Shown here piece by piece: positions 9,360 to 18,474 of a stretch of DNA of 64,000 nt (position 1 is the stretch's first letter; each line of letters starts with the position of its first letter). Both the position numbers and the translations under genes were made by a program. Below the pieces are notes generated by a model. The model made no database searches. It saw only the letters and a list, made by a program, of their open reading frames with translations, and had not been told where the DNA came from. The stretch comes from Hyalangium minutum. Lineage in GTDB: Bacteria > Myxococcota > Myxococcia > Myxococcales > Myxococcaceae. The DNA lies in the NCBI RefSeq assembly GCF_000737315.1, contig NZ_JMCB01000006.1, positions 186,001-250,000 on the forward strand, read 5' to 3'.

Positions 9360-10478
9360 ATGGAAGTTGAGGTCCGCTTCGCCACCACGGAAGACGAGCG
9401 TGCCGCCGTCTACCGTCTGCGCTACGCGACCTATGTGGAGGAGATGCACGTCTACACCCGGCAGGCCGATCACGAGCGCCACTGGTTCCTGGACTCGGAG
9501 GACACCGCGGCCCACTTGATGTACGCAAAGGTGGAAGAGGACGTGGTGGGGACGCTCCGGGTGCAGCTGGAGGCAGAGGGAGCCCTGCCCGAGCCCACGG
9601 CCTCGCGCTTCGCGCTGGAGCGCTTCCGGCCGCTGGTGCGCCCGGAGCAGATCTGCGTGGTGGGCCGCTTCATGGTGCGCCAGGACATGCGCGGCACGGC
9701 GGTGCCCTACCGGCTCATTCAAGAGAGCATCCGCTTCCAGCTCGCCCAGGGCCAGGAGCTGGCCTTCTGCGACTGCCAGCCGCACTTGCTCAACCTTTAT
9801 ATGTCGCTGGGGTTCCGGCCCTACCTGGGCACGTATGACCACCCGGAGTTCGGGGTGATGGTGCCGCTGGTGCTGGTGCTGCGGGACCGAGAGCACCTGG
9901 AGTGGGTGGGCTCGCCGCTGACGCCGCTGCTGCCCACGGACGCGCCGCCCTCGGAGGTGCCGGAGCGGGTGGCGCCGCTGCTGGCGAAGGCGCGCGGGGT
10001 GATGAGCCAGGAGCTGAGCGATCCGGACTCGTACTGGCGGGAGGTGCACGGGCTGATGGGCACGGCGCGCCCGGCCGTGTTCGCCGGTCTGTCCGAGCAG
10101 GAGCTGCAGGCGGTGCTGGCCAGCAGCCACGTCATCCAGTGCGCTCCGGGGGACTACCTCATCCGCAAGGGGCAGGTGGCGCGCACCGTGTTCGTGGTGC
10201 TCGCCGGCTCGCTGGAGGTGCGCGACGGAGAGCGCGCGGTAGCCACCGCGTCCGAGGGCGAGGTGCTCGGGGAGGTGGCCTTCCTGCTGTCCAGCTCTCG
10301 CATCAGCGACGTGTGCGCCACGGGCAATGGCGCGCGAGTGCTGTGCCTGAGCGAGAAGTCGCTGCGCGCGCTGATCGACTCCAGCTCGCGCGCGGCGGCG
10401 CTGCTGCTGCTCAACCTGTCGCGAGCGCTGGCGCACAAGCTGGTCCAGCGCGCGGACAACCCCAAGTCGGGCGGTTAG
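9360..10478 (+). CDS. GNAT-fold N-acyltransferase (FeeM/LuxI-like) fused to a C-terminal cyclic-nucleotide-binding domain
   Basis: N-terminal AVYRLRYATYVEE, VVGTLR, VVGRFMVRQDMRG, LYMSLGF; C-terminal GDYLIRKG..VFVVLAGSLEV..GEVLGEVAFLL...R. Confidence 0.82.
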   Translation: MEVEVRFATTEDERAAVYRLRYATYVEEMHVYTRQADHERHWFLDSEDTAAHLMYAKVEEDVVGTLRVQLEAEGALPEPTASRFALERFRPLVRPEQICVVGRFMVRQDMRGTAVPYRLIQESIRFQLAQGQELAFCDCQPHLLNLYMSLGFRPYLGTYDHPEFGVMVPLVLVLRDREHLEWVGSPLTPLLPTDAPPSEVPERVAPLLAKARGVMSQELSDPDSYWREVHGLMGTARPAVFAGLSEQELQAVLASSHVIQCAPGDYLIRKGQVARTVFVVLAGSLEVRDGERAVATASEGEVLGEVAFLLSSSRISDVCATGNGARVLCLSEKSLRALIDSSSRAAALLLLNLSRALAHKLVQRADNPKSGG

Positions 10479-10502
10479 GGCCGCCCGCGCGCCGGAACCT
10501 CC

Positions 10503-10835
10503 TCAGCGGTGCGCGTGCTGAGTCTCCGTGTAGTGCTGGAGCTGGTGGCGGACCGCCTCGAAGGCGTCATTCACCGCCTGATACGGGTCCTCGTGCTCAC
10601 GGCGCTCGGCGTGCTCGCGCCCGGCGAAGAGCTCCTTGCCCGGCACGTGCAGATCGACGCGCACGTGGAAGCGGTTGCCCTGGCGCTGGTGCTTGTGCGG
10701 CTGCTCCACCACGACGTGGCAGCCGACGATGCGATCGCAGAACTGCTCCAGCTTCTCCGCCTCACCCCGGATGTACTCGGCCATGGCCTCGCTCGTGTCC
10801 ATCCCCCGGAAGGTGATCTGCAGCGGTCGGTTCAT
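10503..10835 (-). CDS. HPF/RaiA family ribosome-associated protein
   Basis: LQITFRGMDTS start, CHVVVEQPH, VRVDLHVPG, DPYQAVNDAFEAVRHQL. Confidence 0.88.
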   Translation of the reverse strand: MNRPLQITFRGMDTSEAMAEYIRGEAEKLEQFCDRIVGCHVVVEQPHKHQRQGNRFHVRVDLHVPGKELFAGREHAERREHEDPYQAVNDAFEAVRHQLQHYTETQHAHR

Positions 10836-10881
10836 CTGTCGCCTCGGTAAAGGCCCCGTGGGCCGGTTCACCCTCTCTCCA

Positions 10882-10899
10882 TTGCATTCCCAGGGCCAG
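10882..10899 (-). promoter_or_regulatory. Putative sigma54 (-24/-12) promoter of the HPF-like gene
   Basis: Minus strand reads CTGGCCCTGGGAATGCAA: GG and GC are separated by exactly 10 nt, about 50 nt upstream of the ATG. Confidence 0.4.
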
Positions 10900-11115
10900 C
10901 ACGCTCCCAGGCGATTCAAGGGGTTACGCGCCCCCCGGACGCAGGCTTTGCGGCAAATCGCCTCACGGCCGCAGCGGCTGCGGGGCGTTCTGACACTCCT
11001 GCACGGACAGAGGGGCGCGCCTCACCGCCCGTCCACCGGCCGAGCGGCCCGCGAGGGGTTGCGCCAGCGTGCCTACCTTGTCCATCGGAGCCCTCCTGGC
11101 TCCCGAGGAGGCGGA

Positions 11116-12030
11116 ATGATTCGGTTTGGCCCCGCGGGGTGGACATATAAGGACTGGGAGGGGGTGGTGTACCCCAAGCCCAAGCCGAAGGGGTTCGATC
11201 CGCTGGAGGCCATGGCGTCGCTGTTCGACACCATCGAGCTCAACACCTCCTTCTATGCGCCCATGACGCCGCACAACGCGCACCTGTGGCTGGAGCGCAC
11301 GGCGTTCAACCCGGACTTCCGCTTCACGGCGAAGCTGTGGCGGCGCTTCACCCACGAGCGCTCCGAGCCCTGGACGGCGGAGGAGGTGCGGTGGACGCGG
11401 GTGGGGCTGGGCATCCTGGAGAAGGCCGGCCGGCTGGGGGCCGTGCTGGTGCAGTTCCCCTGGTCCTTCCGCAACGTGCCGGAGAACCGGGACCATGTGG
11501 ACGCCATCGTCTCGGCGTTCGAGGGCTTCCCGCTGGTGCTGGAGGTGCGGCACGCCTCGTGGAACGAGCCCTCGTACTACGCGGAGCTGGTGGAGCGGGG
11601 GCTGGGCTTCGTGAACATTGATCAGCCGCTCTTCAAGGACTCCATTGCCCCGAGCGCGCGGGCCACGGCGTCCGTGGGCTACGTGCGCGTGCACGGCCGC
11701 AACTACAAGGAGTGGTTCCGGCAGAAGGGCTCGGCGTACGACCGGTATGACTACCTGTACTCCGCGCGAGAGCTGGAGCCCTGGGCGGCGCGGACGAAGG
11801 AGGTCGCCTCGCACCCGCGCACGGAGGACGTGTACGTCATCACCAACAACCACGCGCGGGGCAAGGGCGTGACGAACGCGCTGATGTTGAAGGCGATGGT
11901 GACGGGCGAGCAGGTGGAGGCCCCCGCGACGCTGCTGCGCGAGTACCCCGAGCACCTGGCCCCATACGCCCGCCCGGTGGACCTGGCGGCCCGGGAGTGG
12001 GGGGCCCCGGGACTCTTGGGGGAAAGGTGA
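11116..12030 (+). CDS. DUF72 family protein
   Basis: GPAGWTYKDWEGVVYP, IELNTSFY, VQFPWSF, EVRHASW, VRVHGRN, YDYLYS, NNH; GAGGAGG RBS. Confidence 0.92.
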   Translation: MIRFGPAGWTYKDWEGVVYPKPKPKGFDPLEAMASLFDTIELNTSFYAPMTPHNAHLWLERTAFNPDFRFTAKLWRRFTHERSEPWTAEEVRWTRVGLGILEKAGRLGAVLVQFPWSFRNVPENRDHVDAIVSAFEGFPLVLEVRHASWNEPSYYAELVERGLGFVNIDQPLFKDSIAPSARATASVGYVRVHGRNYKEWFRQKGSAYDRYDYLYSARELEPWAARTKEVASHPRTEDVYVITNNHARGKGVTNALMLKAMVTGEQVEAPATLLREYPEHLAPYARPVDLAAREWGAPGLLGER

Positions 12031-12105
12031 CGTAGGGGGAATTGCATGTCTCCAGGCAAGCCGCTTCAATCCGCACCGGGATGCGTAAGGAGCCATGACC
12101 CGCCC

Positions 12106-12633
12106 GTGAACACAGCCCGTATCGAAGTCCTGGGGAACGCCATCCTCTCCGCGATGGAGGCGATGAAGATCGCTCCCGAGCGCGCTCAGCGCATCTTCGC
12201 GGAGCACGGCATCACCCAGCCGGAGAAAGACGCGTGGTACCCCGTGGACAGCGTGCTGCGGGCGTACCGGGACATCTTGAAACAGATCGGCCCGAACACC
12301 ATGAAGGCGGTGGGGCGCAACATCCCCAAGAACGCGGAGTTCCCCCGAGGCCTCACCACGGTGGAGCAAGCGCTGAAGTCCCTGAACACGGCCTACCGGA
12401 TGAACCACCGGGGTCCGGGCGGCATCGGCGGCTACCACTACGAGTCCACGAGCGCGAGGGCGGGGCAGGTCACCTGCGACAACCCGTATCCGTGCCCGGT
12501 GGACGAGGGGCTGGTGGAGGCCATCGCCGAGCGCTTCAAGCCCAAGGACGCCTTCTTCATCCGCCTGCATCATGATCCGGCGACGTGCCGGGGCCGTGGG
12601 GACGCCGCCTGCGTCTACCACGTGGCGTGGTAA
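12106..12633 (+). CDS. Stand-alone V4R/4VR-like ligand-binding protein, paralog 1
   Basis: WYP, IGPNT, HRG, CDNPYPC, DEG, CRxxGxxxCxY motifs shared with the next gene. Start codon uncertain (GTG 12106 chosen). Confidence 0.75.
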   Translation: MNTARIEVLGNAILSAMEAMKIAPERAQRIFAEHGITQPEKDAWYPVDSVLRAYRDILKQIGPNTMKAVGRNIPKNAEFPRGLTTVEQALKSLNTAYRMNHRGPGGIGGYHYESTSARAGQVTCDNPYPCPVDEGLVEAIAERFKPKDAFFIRLHHDPATCRGRGDAACVYHVAW

Positions 12634-12644
12634 GGGAACGGCGG

Positions 12645-13184
12645 ATGCCGCAACGCTTTCAGTTGGAGAAGTTCGAGGTGCAGGGCCAGGCCATCATGTC
12701 GGTGGTCGCGGCCATGGCCCTCATCCAACACCGAGCGCTGAAGATCCTCGCGGATCGCGGCATCACCCCGCTGGAGAAGGACCGCTGGTATCCGCTGGAT
12801 CGGCTCATGGAGGTCTTCAAGACCATCAGCACGGAGATTGGTCCCAACACGGTGAAGGCGGTGGGGCGGAAGATTCCGGAGAACGCGCAGTTCCCTCCGA
12901 ACCTCAAGACCATCGAGGAAGGCTTCCGCTCCATCGACGTGGCCTACCAGATGTGCCACCGAGGCCCAGGGAACGTGGGGGGCTACCACTACGCGCCGAC
13001 GGGCAGCCGCACGGCTCGGATGGTCTGCGACAACCCGTATCCGTGCGGCCTGGACGAGGGGCTGCTGGAGGCCATCGGAGAGCGCTTCCGGCCCATCGAC
13101 TCGCTCTGGGTGCGGGTGGAGCACCCACCCGGCCCCTGCCGGAAAAAGGGTGCGGCCTCCTGCACCTACAACCTGTCCTGGTAG
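12645..13184 (+). CDS. Stand-alone V4R/4VR-like ligand-binding protein, paralog 2
   Basis: About half of the aligned residues are identical to paralog 1 by manual alignment; AAGGGA RBS; the 3' end overlaps the convergent MFS gene by 19 nt. Confidence 0.8.
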   Translation: MPQRFQLEKFEVQGQAIMSVVAAMALIQHRALKILADRGITPLEKDRWYPLDRLMEVFKTISTEIGPNTVKAVGRKIPENAQFPPNLKTIEEGFRSIDVAYQMCHRGPGNVGGYHYAPTGSRTARMVCDNPYPCGLDEGLLEAIGERFRPIDSLWVRVEHPPGPCRKKGAASCTYNLSW

Positions 13185-14371
13185 CTGCGCGCTGCGCGAG
13201 CGGTCCCCCCTCCCAGCACCCCGAGCGCCACGAGCGCAAAGCCACCTCCCACGAGGCACACGCCCGTCCAGCCGAAGCGCACCCACGCCGAGGTGCCCAG
13301 CCAGGCGCCAGCGGCTCCTCCCACGAAGTAGGTCACCATGTAGACGGTGTTGAGCCGGCTGCGCGCCTCGGGGCGTAAGGAGTAGACGCGCGTCTGGTTC
13401 GAGATGTGGTTGGACTGGGCTCCCAGGTCCAGGAGGATGACGCCCAGCGCGATGCCCCACAGCCATTGCCCAAGCAGCGCCAGCACGACGAAGGAGGCCA
13501 GCAGCACGCCAATGGCCAGCGCGTTGATCTTCCGGTCCCCTCGGACGTCCGCGTAGCGCCCCACGAGCGGCGCCGCGGCCGCTCCCACGACTCCCACCGC
13601 GCCGAAGAGGCCCGCTGTCTGAGGACCGTAGTGCTCGGGCAGGCTCTGGAGGTAGAGGGCCAGCGTGGCCCAGAAGGCTCCGAACGAGCCGAAGGTGAGC
13701 GCTCCCAGCAGCGAGTGGAGCCGCAGCACGGGCTCCTCGCGCACCAGTCCTCCGATCGATCGCAGCAGTGCACCGTAGGGCATGGCCGCCACGGCCTCCT
13801 GAGACGGAAGGGCCAGCCGCAGGACTCCCGCCATCACCAGCATCAGTCCAGCGCCGATCCAGAACATCGCTCGCCAGCCCAGGTGCGTGCCGATGAAGCC
13901 CGCCGCCGTGCGCGACAGGAGGATGCCAATGAGCAGCCCGCTCATCACCGTGCCCACCACCCGCCCGCGCTCGGCCGGCGGGGCCAGATGCGCGGCGAAG
14001 GGCACCAGGAGCTGAGGGACGACGGTGGTGATGCCCACGGCGAAGCTCGCCGCCACCATCCACGCCAGGCTCGGCGCGAGCGCTGCGCCCATCAAGGCCA
14101 GGCTCACCAGCACCGTCATGGTGACGATGACGCGCCGCCGCTCGAGGCTGTCTCCCAAGGGGACGATGAGCAGCATGCCCGCCGCGTAGCCCACCTGTGT
14201 CATCGTCGGAACCCAGCCGAGCGCACTGCCCATCGCGCCCAGCTCCCGCCCGATGTCTCCCAGCAGGGGCTGGTTGTAATAGAGGTTGGCCGCCGCCATC
14301 CCCGAGGCTCCCGCCATCAGCCACACCAGGCCGGAGCTCAAATGCCCCGGCTGTCCTTCTGATTCGCCCAT
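13166..14371 (-). CDS. MFS transporter
   Basis: About 12 hydrophobic segments; NLYYNQPLL; motif-A-like LGDSLERRRVI. Confidence 0.92.
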   Translation of the reverse strand: MGESEGQPGHLSSGLVWLMAGASGMAAANLYYNQPLLGDIGRELGAMGSALGWVPTMTQVGYAAGMLLIVPLGDSLERRRVIVTMTVLVSLALMGAALAPSLAWMVAASFAVGITTVVPQLLVPFAAHLAPPAERGRVVGTVMSGLLIGILLSRTAAGFIGTHLGWRAMFWIGAGLMLVMAGVLRLALPSQEAVAAMPYGALLRSIGGLVREEPVLRLHSLLGALTFGSFGAFWATLALYLQSLPEHYGPQTAGLFGAVGVVGAAAAPLVGRYADVRGDRKINALAIGVLLASFVVLALLGQWLWGIALGVILLDLGAQSNHISNQTRVYSLRPEARSRLNTVYMVTYFVGGAAGAWLGTSAWVRFGWTGVCLVGGGFALVALGVLGGGTARAARSYQDRL

Positions 14372-14589
14372 CTCGACCGAGCCCCCTGCTTCCTGTTCTC
14401 GCGGGACTGTCCCTCAACGCTATGACGAAAGCATGACGGAAAGATGGCGGACGCCCGGAGATCACCGCTGGCGGACTTCATACCCTGCACGTTGGGAGGA
14501 GCCCACCGATGGTCCCATTCGGCACCGGACAGCAGAAGAGAGGCGCCATCCATCCCAGCCTCGAGGCGGGAGGAGCGTGGCTCGGTTGC

Positions 14590-15105
14590 ATGGGGATCTT
14601 CACAGGCCTGCTGTGGTTGTCATCGCAGCTACCCGCACGGCCCTCGGCGGCGGAGGAGAAACCACCGGAGCGCCCTCTCGCTGTGGCTCCTGTGCCTCCT
14701 CCCCTGCCCGAAGAGAAGGCCGAGCCCTTTGGGACGGACCTCGTGCTGAACCCCGCGCGCATGGGCGATGAACTCAGTTGCTCCGGCCCCAACGAGGACG
14801 TGATCCCCTTTGGCGTGGGCATGACGCGGCCGGAGTTCCTCTCCGGACCTGCGCTCGTACACACGCCCGAGGCACGCGAGGCCCACGTTCAGGGCCTCAT
14901 CATCGCCAAGTGCACCGTGACCTGCCGGGGTGAAGTCCGCGGCTGCCGCATCATCAAGCCGCTACCTTATATGGAGCAGGCCGCGCTCGACGTGCTCCAG
15001 AGCCGCCGCTACAAGCCCACGCGCTACCTGGGCAGGCCCGTCACCGTCTCCTATTTCTTCGGGCTCCGCGTCGAGCCTCCGGTGGACCCGCCCCCCTCTC
15101 CATAG
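14590..15105 (+). CDS. TonB C-terminal domain protein
   Basis: Hydrophobic N-terminus, Pro-rich linker, then TPEAREAHVQGLIIAKCTV..GEVRGCRIIKPL..AALDVLQSRRYKP..GRPVTV. Confidence 0.8.
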   Translation: MGIFTGLLWLSSQLPARPSAAEEKPPERPLAVAPVPPPLPEEKAEPFGTDLVLNPARMGDELSCSGPNEDVIPFGVGMTRPEFLSGPALVHTPEAREAHVQGLIIAKCTVTCRGEVRGCRIIKPLPYMEQAALDVLQSRRYKPTRYLGRPVTVSYFFGLRVEPPVDPPPSP

Positions 15106-15139
15106 ATAGCACTCGGATGCCGCACTCCCGCCAAGCGCC

Positions 15140-17533
15140 CTACTCGGCCCGCAGCGTGAGGCCCGGATCCACCTTGGCCGCCCGGCGCGCGGGCAACCAC
15201 GCCGCCACCAGGCCCACCGTGCCCAGCAGCGCCGCGCACCCCAGCAGCGTGGGGATGTCCGCCGGAGTCACTCCATAGAGGAGACTGCGCGCCACCTGCG
15301 CCAGCCCCACCGCCGCCGGGAGCCCCACCAGCAACGCAATCCCCAACATCCGCCCCACCGAGCCCACCACGAGCCGCACCAGGTTGCGCTCCGTCGCTCC
15401 CAATGCCCTGCGGATCGACAACTCGCGCGTGCGCTGGGTGATGCCGTAGGACACCACGCCCCAGATGCCCAGCGCCGCCAGCACCAGCGCCAGCCCCGAG
15501 AGCGCGGACAGCAGCGCCAGCAACAGCTCATGGCGCTGCCGGCTCCTCGCCACCAGCGAGCCAAGCTGCTCCAGCGCGGGCACCGGCAGCTCGGAGTCCA
15601 CGCCGTGCACCGCCTCGCGCACCTGCGCCAGCGTGGGCGCGGGCGTGCCTCGCATGAGCAAGTACAGCTGCGGCGGCCCCACCTGCGCCACGGGCCAATA
15701 GAACGCCGGAGCCGGAGCCGCCGTCAGCTCGCGGTGGCGCACGTCCCCCACCACGCCCACCACCGTCCACCACGTCTCACGGTCGATGGTGAAGCGGCTG
15801 CCCAGGGGCTCCCGTCCCGCGAGGAAGCTCCGCACGAAGGCCTCGTTGACCACCGCCACCGGAGCACTCCCCCAGGCGTCCGTCGAAGCCAGGAGCCTGC
15901 CCGTCTTCAGCGGCACGCCCAGGGCCTCAAAGGCGCCAGGGCTGACCACGCGGTGCTCGGCGCTGCGAGGCACTCCCGTGGCATCCGTCCCCTCCACCGT
16001 GACAGTCGACGAGGTGGTGGAGCCCCCCAGGTGCAGCTCCCGCTGCACCCCCACCGACTGAACCCCCGGGAGCGCCGCAACGGCCTCCTCCAACCGGTGG
16101 GCGGCGCGAATGCGCGAGGCCTCGTCCGGGTAGCGCTGGGCCGGCAGTTGCACCGCCGCGGACACCACGCCCTCGGCGTGGAAGCCCAGATCCACGGAGG
16201 AGAGGTGCGCGAGCGTCCGCACCAGCAGCCCCGCCCCCGTGAGCAGCACGAGCGCCAGGGTGAGCTGCACCACCACGAGCCCCGAGCGCAGCGGGTGGCG
16301 AGCCCCCGTGCTGCCGTGGCCGCCGCCCAGCAGCGGCAGGAGCGAGGCCCTCGAGGAGTCCAGCGCTCGCACCAACCCCAGGAGCACCGCCACGGCGCCA
16401 CAGAGTCCCGCTGTGAAGAGCAGCACGGGCAGGTGGAGCGTGGGCGGGGCCAGGTTCCGCAGCGCCGTGGGCAGCAGCGCCGAGAGCGCATCGGTCCCCC
16501 ACAGCGCCAGGAGCAGTCCCACCACGCCGCCCAGCAGCGACAGCAGGAGACTCTCGGCGAGCGCCTCGCTCACGCGGCGGCCCACGCTGGCCCCCAGCGC
16601 GGTGCGGATGGCGCCCTCCCGCCGGCGGTGCATCGCACGCGCCAGCATCAGGTTGGCCACGTTGGCGCAGGCAATGAGGAGCACGAAGGCCGCGGCGCCC
16701 CACAGCGCGAACACCACGCCCCGCGCCCGCCCCGTCACATCCTCCTGCCAGGCCAGAGCGTGCACCGTGTGCGCCGACTCCGTGGCGTCACTGGACTCGC
16801 GGGTGCCTCGCAGCATGGCACTGCGGCGGAGGGCCGCCTGGCGCGCGGACTCCATCGGCACGCCGGGCTTCAGCCGTCCCATCACCGACAGCATGTGGTT
16901 GCCTTGGGCCTCCGAGGAGGTGTCCAGGTGGAGGGGCAACCAGACCTCCACTTCGCGCGAGGAGTCCCCCAGCGCAAAGCCCGGCGGCAGCACCCCCGCG
17001 ACCCGCACGCTGGTGCCATCCAGCCAGAGCGTCTGATCCGCTGCCGCAGCCGCGGAGGTGAACACCCGCGTGGCCAGCCCGTTCGAGATGAGGGCGGAGG
17101 ACGCCGCCCCTGGGAGCGCATCCTCGGGCGTGAAGGCACGGCCTGCGGCAGGCGCCACGCCCACGACGGAGAGGAAGTTCGGGGTGATGCGGGCCGCCAG
17201 GAGGCGCTCGGGCAGCTCGCCACCCGTGCGGTTGACGAAGGTGTAGTGGAAGCTCATCACCCCACTGAAGGCCTGCGCCTCCTCGGCCCAAGCCGCAGCC
17301 TCGGGCTGGGAGACACTGCCGACTCCCCCCGAGGGCTGGTTGCAGTACAGCCGCACCAAGTCCCCGCTCTGGGGAAAGGGCAGCGGGCGCAGCACCAGCG
17401 CATGCACCATGCTGAAGATGACGGTGTTGGCCCCCAGCGCCAGCCCCAGCGTGAGCACCACGGCGAGGGTAAAGCTGGGGGTGCGGCGCAGACCGCGCCA
17501 GGCGAACCGGGCGTCTCTGAGGAAAACTTCCAT
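15140..17533 (-). CDS. Duplicated MacB/FtsX-type ABC transporter permease (ADOP-like)
   Basis: LRDARFAWRGLRRTPSFTLAVVLTLGLALGANTVIF, ACANVANLMLAR..RRREGAIRTALGAS, RTRELSIRRALGA, WLPARRAAKVDP. Confidence 0.92.
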   Translation of the reverse strand: MEVFLRDARFAWRGLRRTPSFTLAVVLTLGLALGANTVIFSMVHALVLRPLPFPQSGDLVRLYCNQPSGGVGSVSQPEAAAWAEEAQAFSGVMSFHYTFVNRTGGELPERLLAARITPNFLSVVGVAPAAGRAFTPEDALPGAASSALISNGLATRVFTSAAAAADQTLWLDGTSVRVAGVLPPGFALGDSSREVEVWLPLHLDTSSEAQGNHMLSVMGRLKPGVPMESARQAALRRSAMLRGTRESSDATESAHTVHALAWQEDVTGRARGVVFALWGAAAFVLLIACANVANLMLARAMHRRREGAIRTALGASVGRRVSEALAESLLLSLLGGVVGLLLALWGTDALSALLPTALRNLAPPTLHLPVLLFTAGLCGAVAVLLGLVRALDSSRASLLPLLGGGHGSTGARHPLRSGLVVVQLTLALVLLTGAGLLVRTLAHLSSVDLGFHAEGVVSAAVQLPAQRYPDEASRIRAAHRLEEAVAALPGVQSVGVQRELHLGGSTTSSTVTVEGTDATGVPRSAEHRVVSPGAFEALGVPLKTGRLLASTDAWGSAPVAVVNEAFVRSFLAGREPLGSRFTIDRETWWTVVGVVGDVRHRELTAAPAPAFYWPVAQVGPPQLYLLMRGTPAPTLAQVREAVHGVDSELPVPALEQLGSLVARSRQRHELLLALLSALSGLALVLAALGIWGVVSYGITQRTRELSIRRALGATERNLVRLVVGSVGRMLGIALLVGLPAAVGLAQVARSLLYGVTPADIPTLLGCAALLGTVGLVAAWLPARRAAKVDPGLTLRAE

Positions 17534-17625
17534 AGGGGCGACAGCCTCCGGAGCCCCCATCAAAGCAGGTTCCGCGCCAACCCCGCCGGGAGCCTCCCCC
17601 CTGCGAGCCGCCGAAGGGCCTCGCC

Positions 17626-18474
17626 TCAGACGAGCGGAGGCTGTCCGGTGCTGGGACGGCCCGTCCCGAATGCGGACACCGGGTGTGAATCCACCGGGGA
17701 CTCCCGGTACGAGCGGAGCTGACCGAAGAACCCGTTCGCCAGCGCATCCCTCCGGGCCAAGAGCCGCCGCTTCACCTCACGGAGCTCCTGCAGGGCCTCC
17801 CGGTGCTCCATCGAGAGCCAGGACAAGGACGAGGGCCGGGAGAACAGCTCATCCAGGCGCCGCTCGAACGTCTCGGCCTTCTCCACGAGCTGCCCCGACA
17901 CCATGTCCGCGTAGCTCGCGTATCCCCGCCGGATGACCAGATCCAGGGTGAGCACGCCCGCGCCCCAGCACAGGCGGGTGTACGCGGTCCAGAGCCCCAC
18001 CTGCTTCCGCATGACGTCACTCTGCGACAGGAGCGCCTCGGCGACCGCGATCAACTGCACGACGCTCCGGTACAGCTCCGTCCACAGGCCCGTGGCACGC
18101 TCCGCCTCCCGCGCGGCGAAGTGCATCTTCACCAGCTGGACGGCGGAGAGCAGCTGTCCCAGCAGCAGCATGTCCAGCGGGGCGGCCGTCACCGGCCTCT
18201 GCACGGACCGCTGGACGATCTCCTGAGACAGGGCCCGGAGCTGGCTCTCGGCGCTGAGCATGCGCGAGTCCAGGGCCTCGTGGAGCACGAGAGGAACCAG
18301 GGGCCGCAGGCACTCGGCCAGGGTGTCCTGATCCACGCGGGCCTCGCGGATCAACTGGATGATACGTCCTGTCTTGCCGTCTCGAATGACTCCGCCTTCC
18401 AGGTAGAGCTGGCCAGCCTCGATACCCTGCTGGACTTCCTGAGCGATCCCCCACTTCGCTTCCATGACGGGCAT
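17626..18474 (-). CDS. Hypothetical protein (N-terminal GGVIRDxxTGRII motif, helical remainder)
   Basis: GGGAGG RBS 8 nt before the ATG at 18474; open frame of about 282 aa with normal composition. Confidence 0.7.
   Translation of the reverse strand: MPVMEAKWGIAQEVQQGIEAGQLYLEGGVIRDGKTGRIIQLIREARVDQDTLAECLRPLVPLVLHEALDSRMLSAESQLRALSQEIVQRSVQRPVTAAPLDMLLLGQLLSAVQLVKMHFAAREAERATGLWTELYRSVVQLIAVAEALLSQSDVMRKQVGLWTAYTRLCWGAGVLTLDLVIRRGYASYADMVSGQLVEKAETFERRLDELFSRPSSLSWLSMEHREALQELREVKRRLLARRDALANGFFGQLRSYRESPVDSHPVSAFGTGRPSTGQPPLV

Noticed and set aside
9360-10478. Firm luxI / AHL quorum-sensing call
   Set aside because: Only the general RxRY GNAT pattern is visible, no LuxR gene is present, and FeeM-type or other acyltransferase activity is equally plausible.
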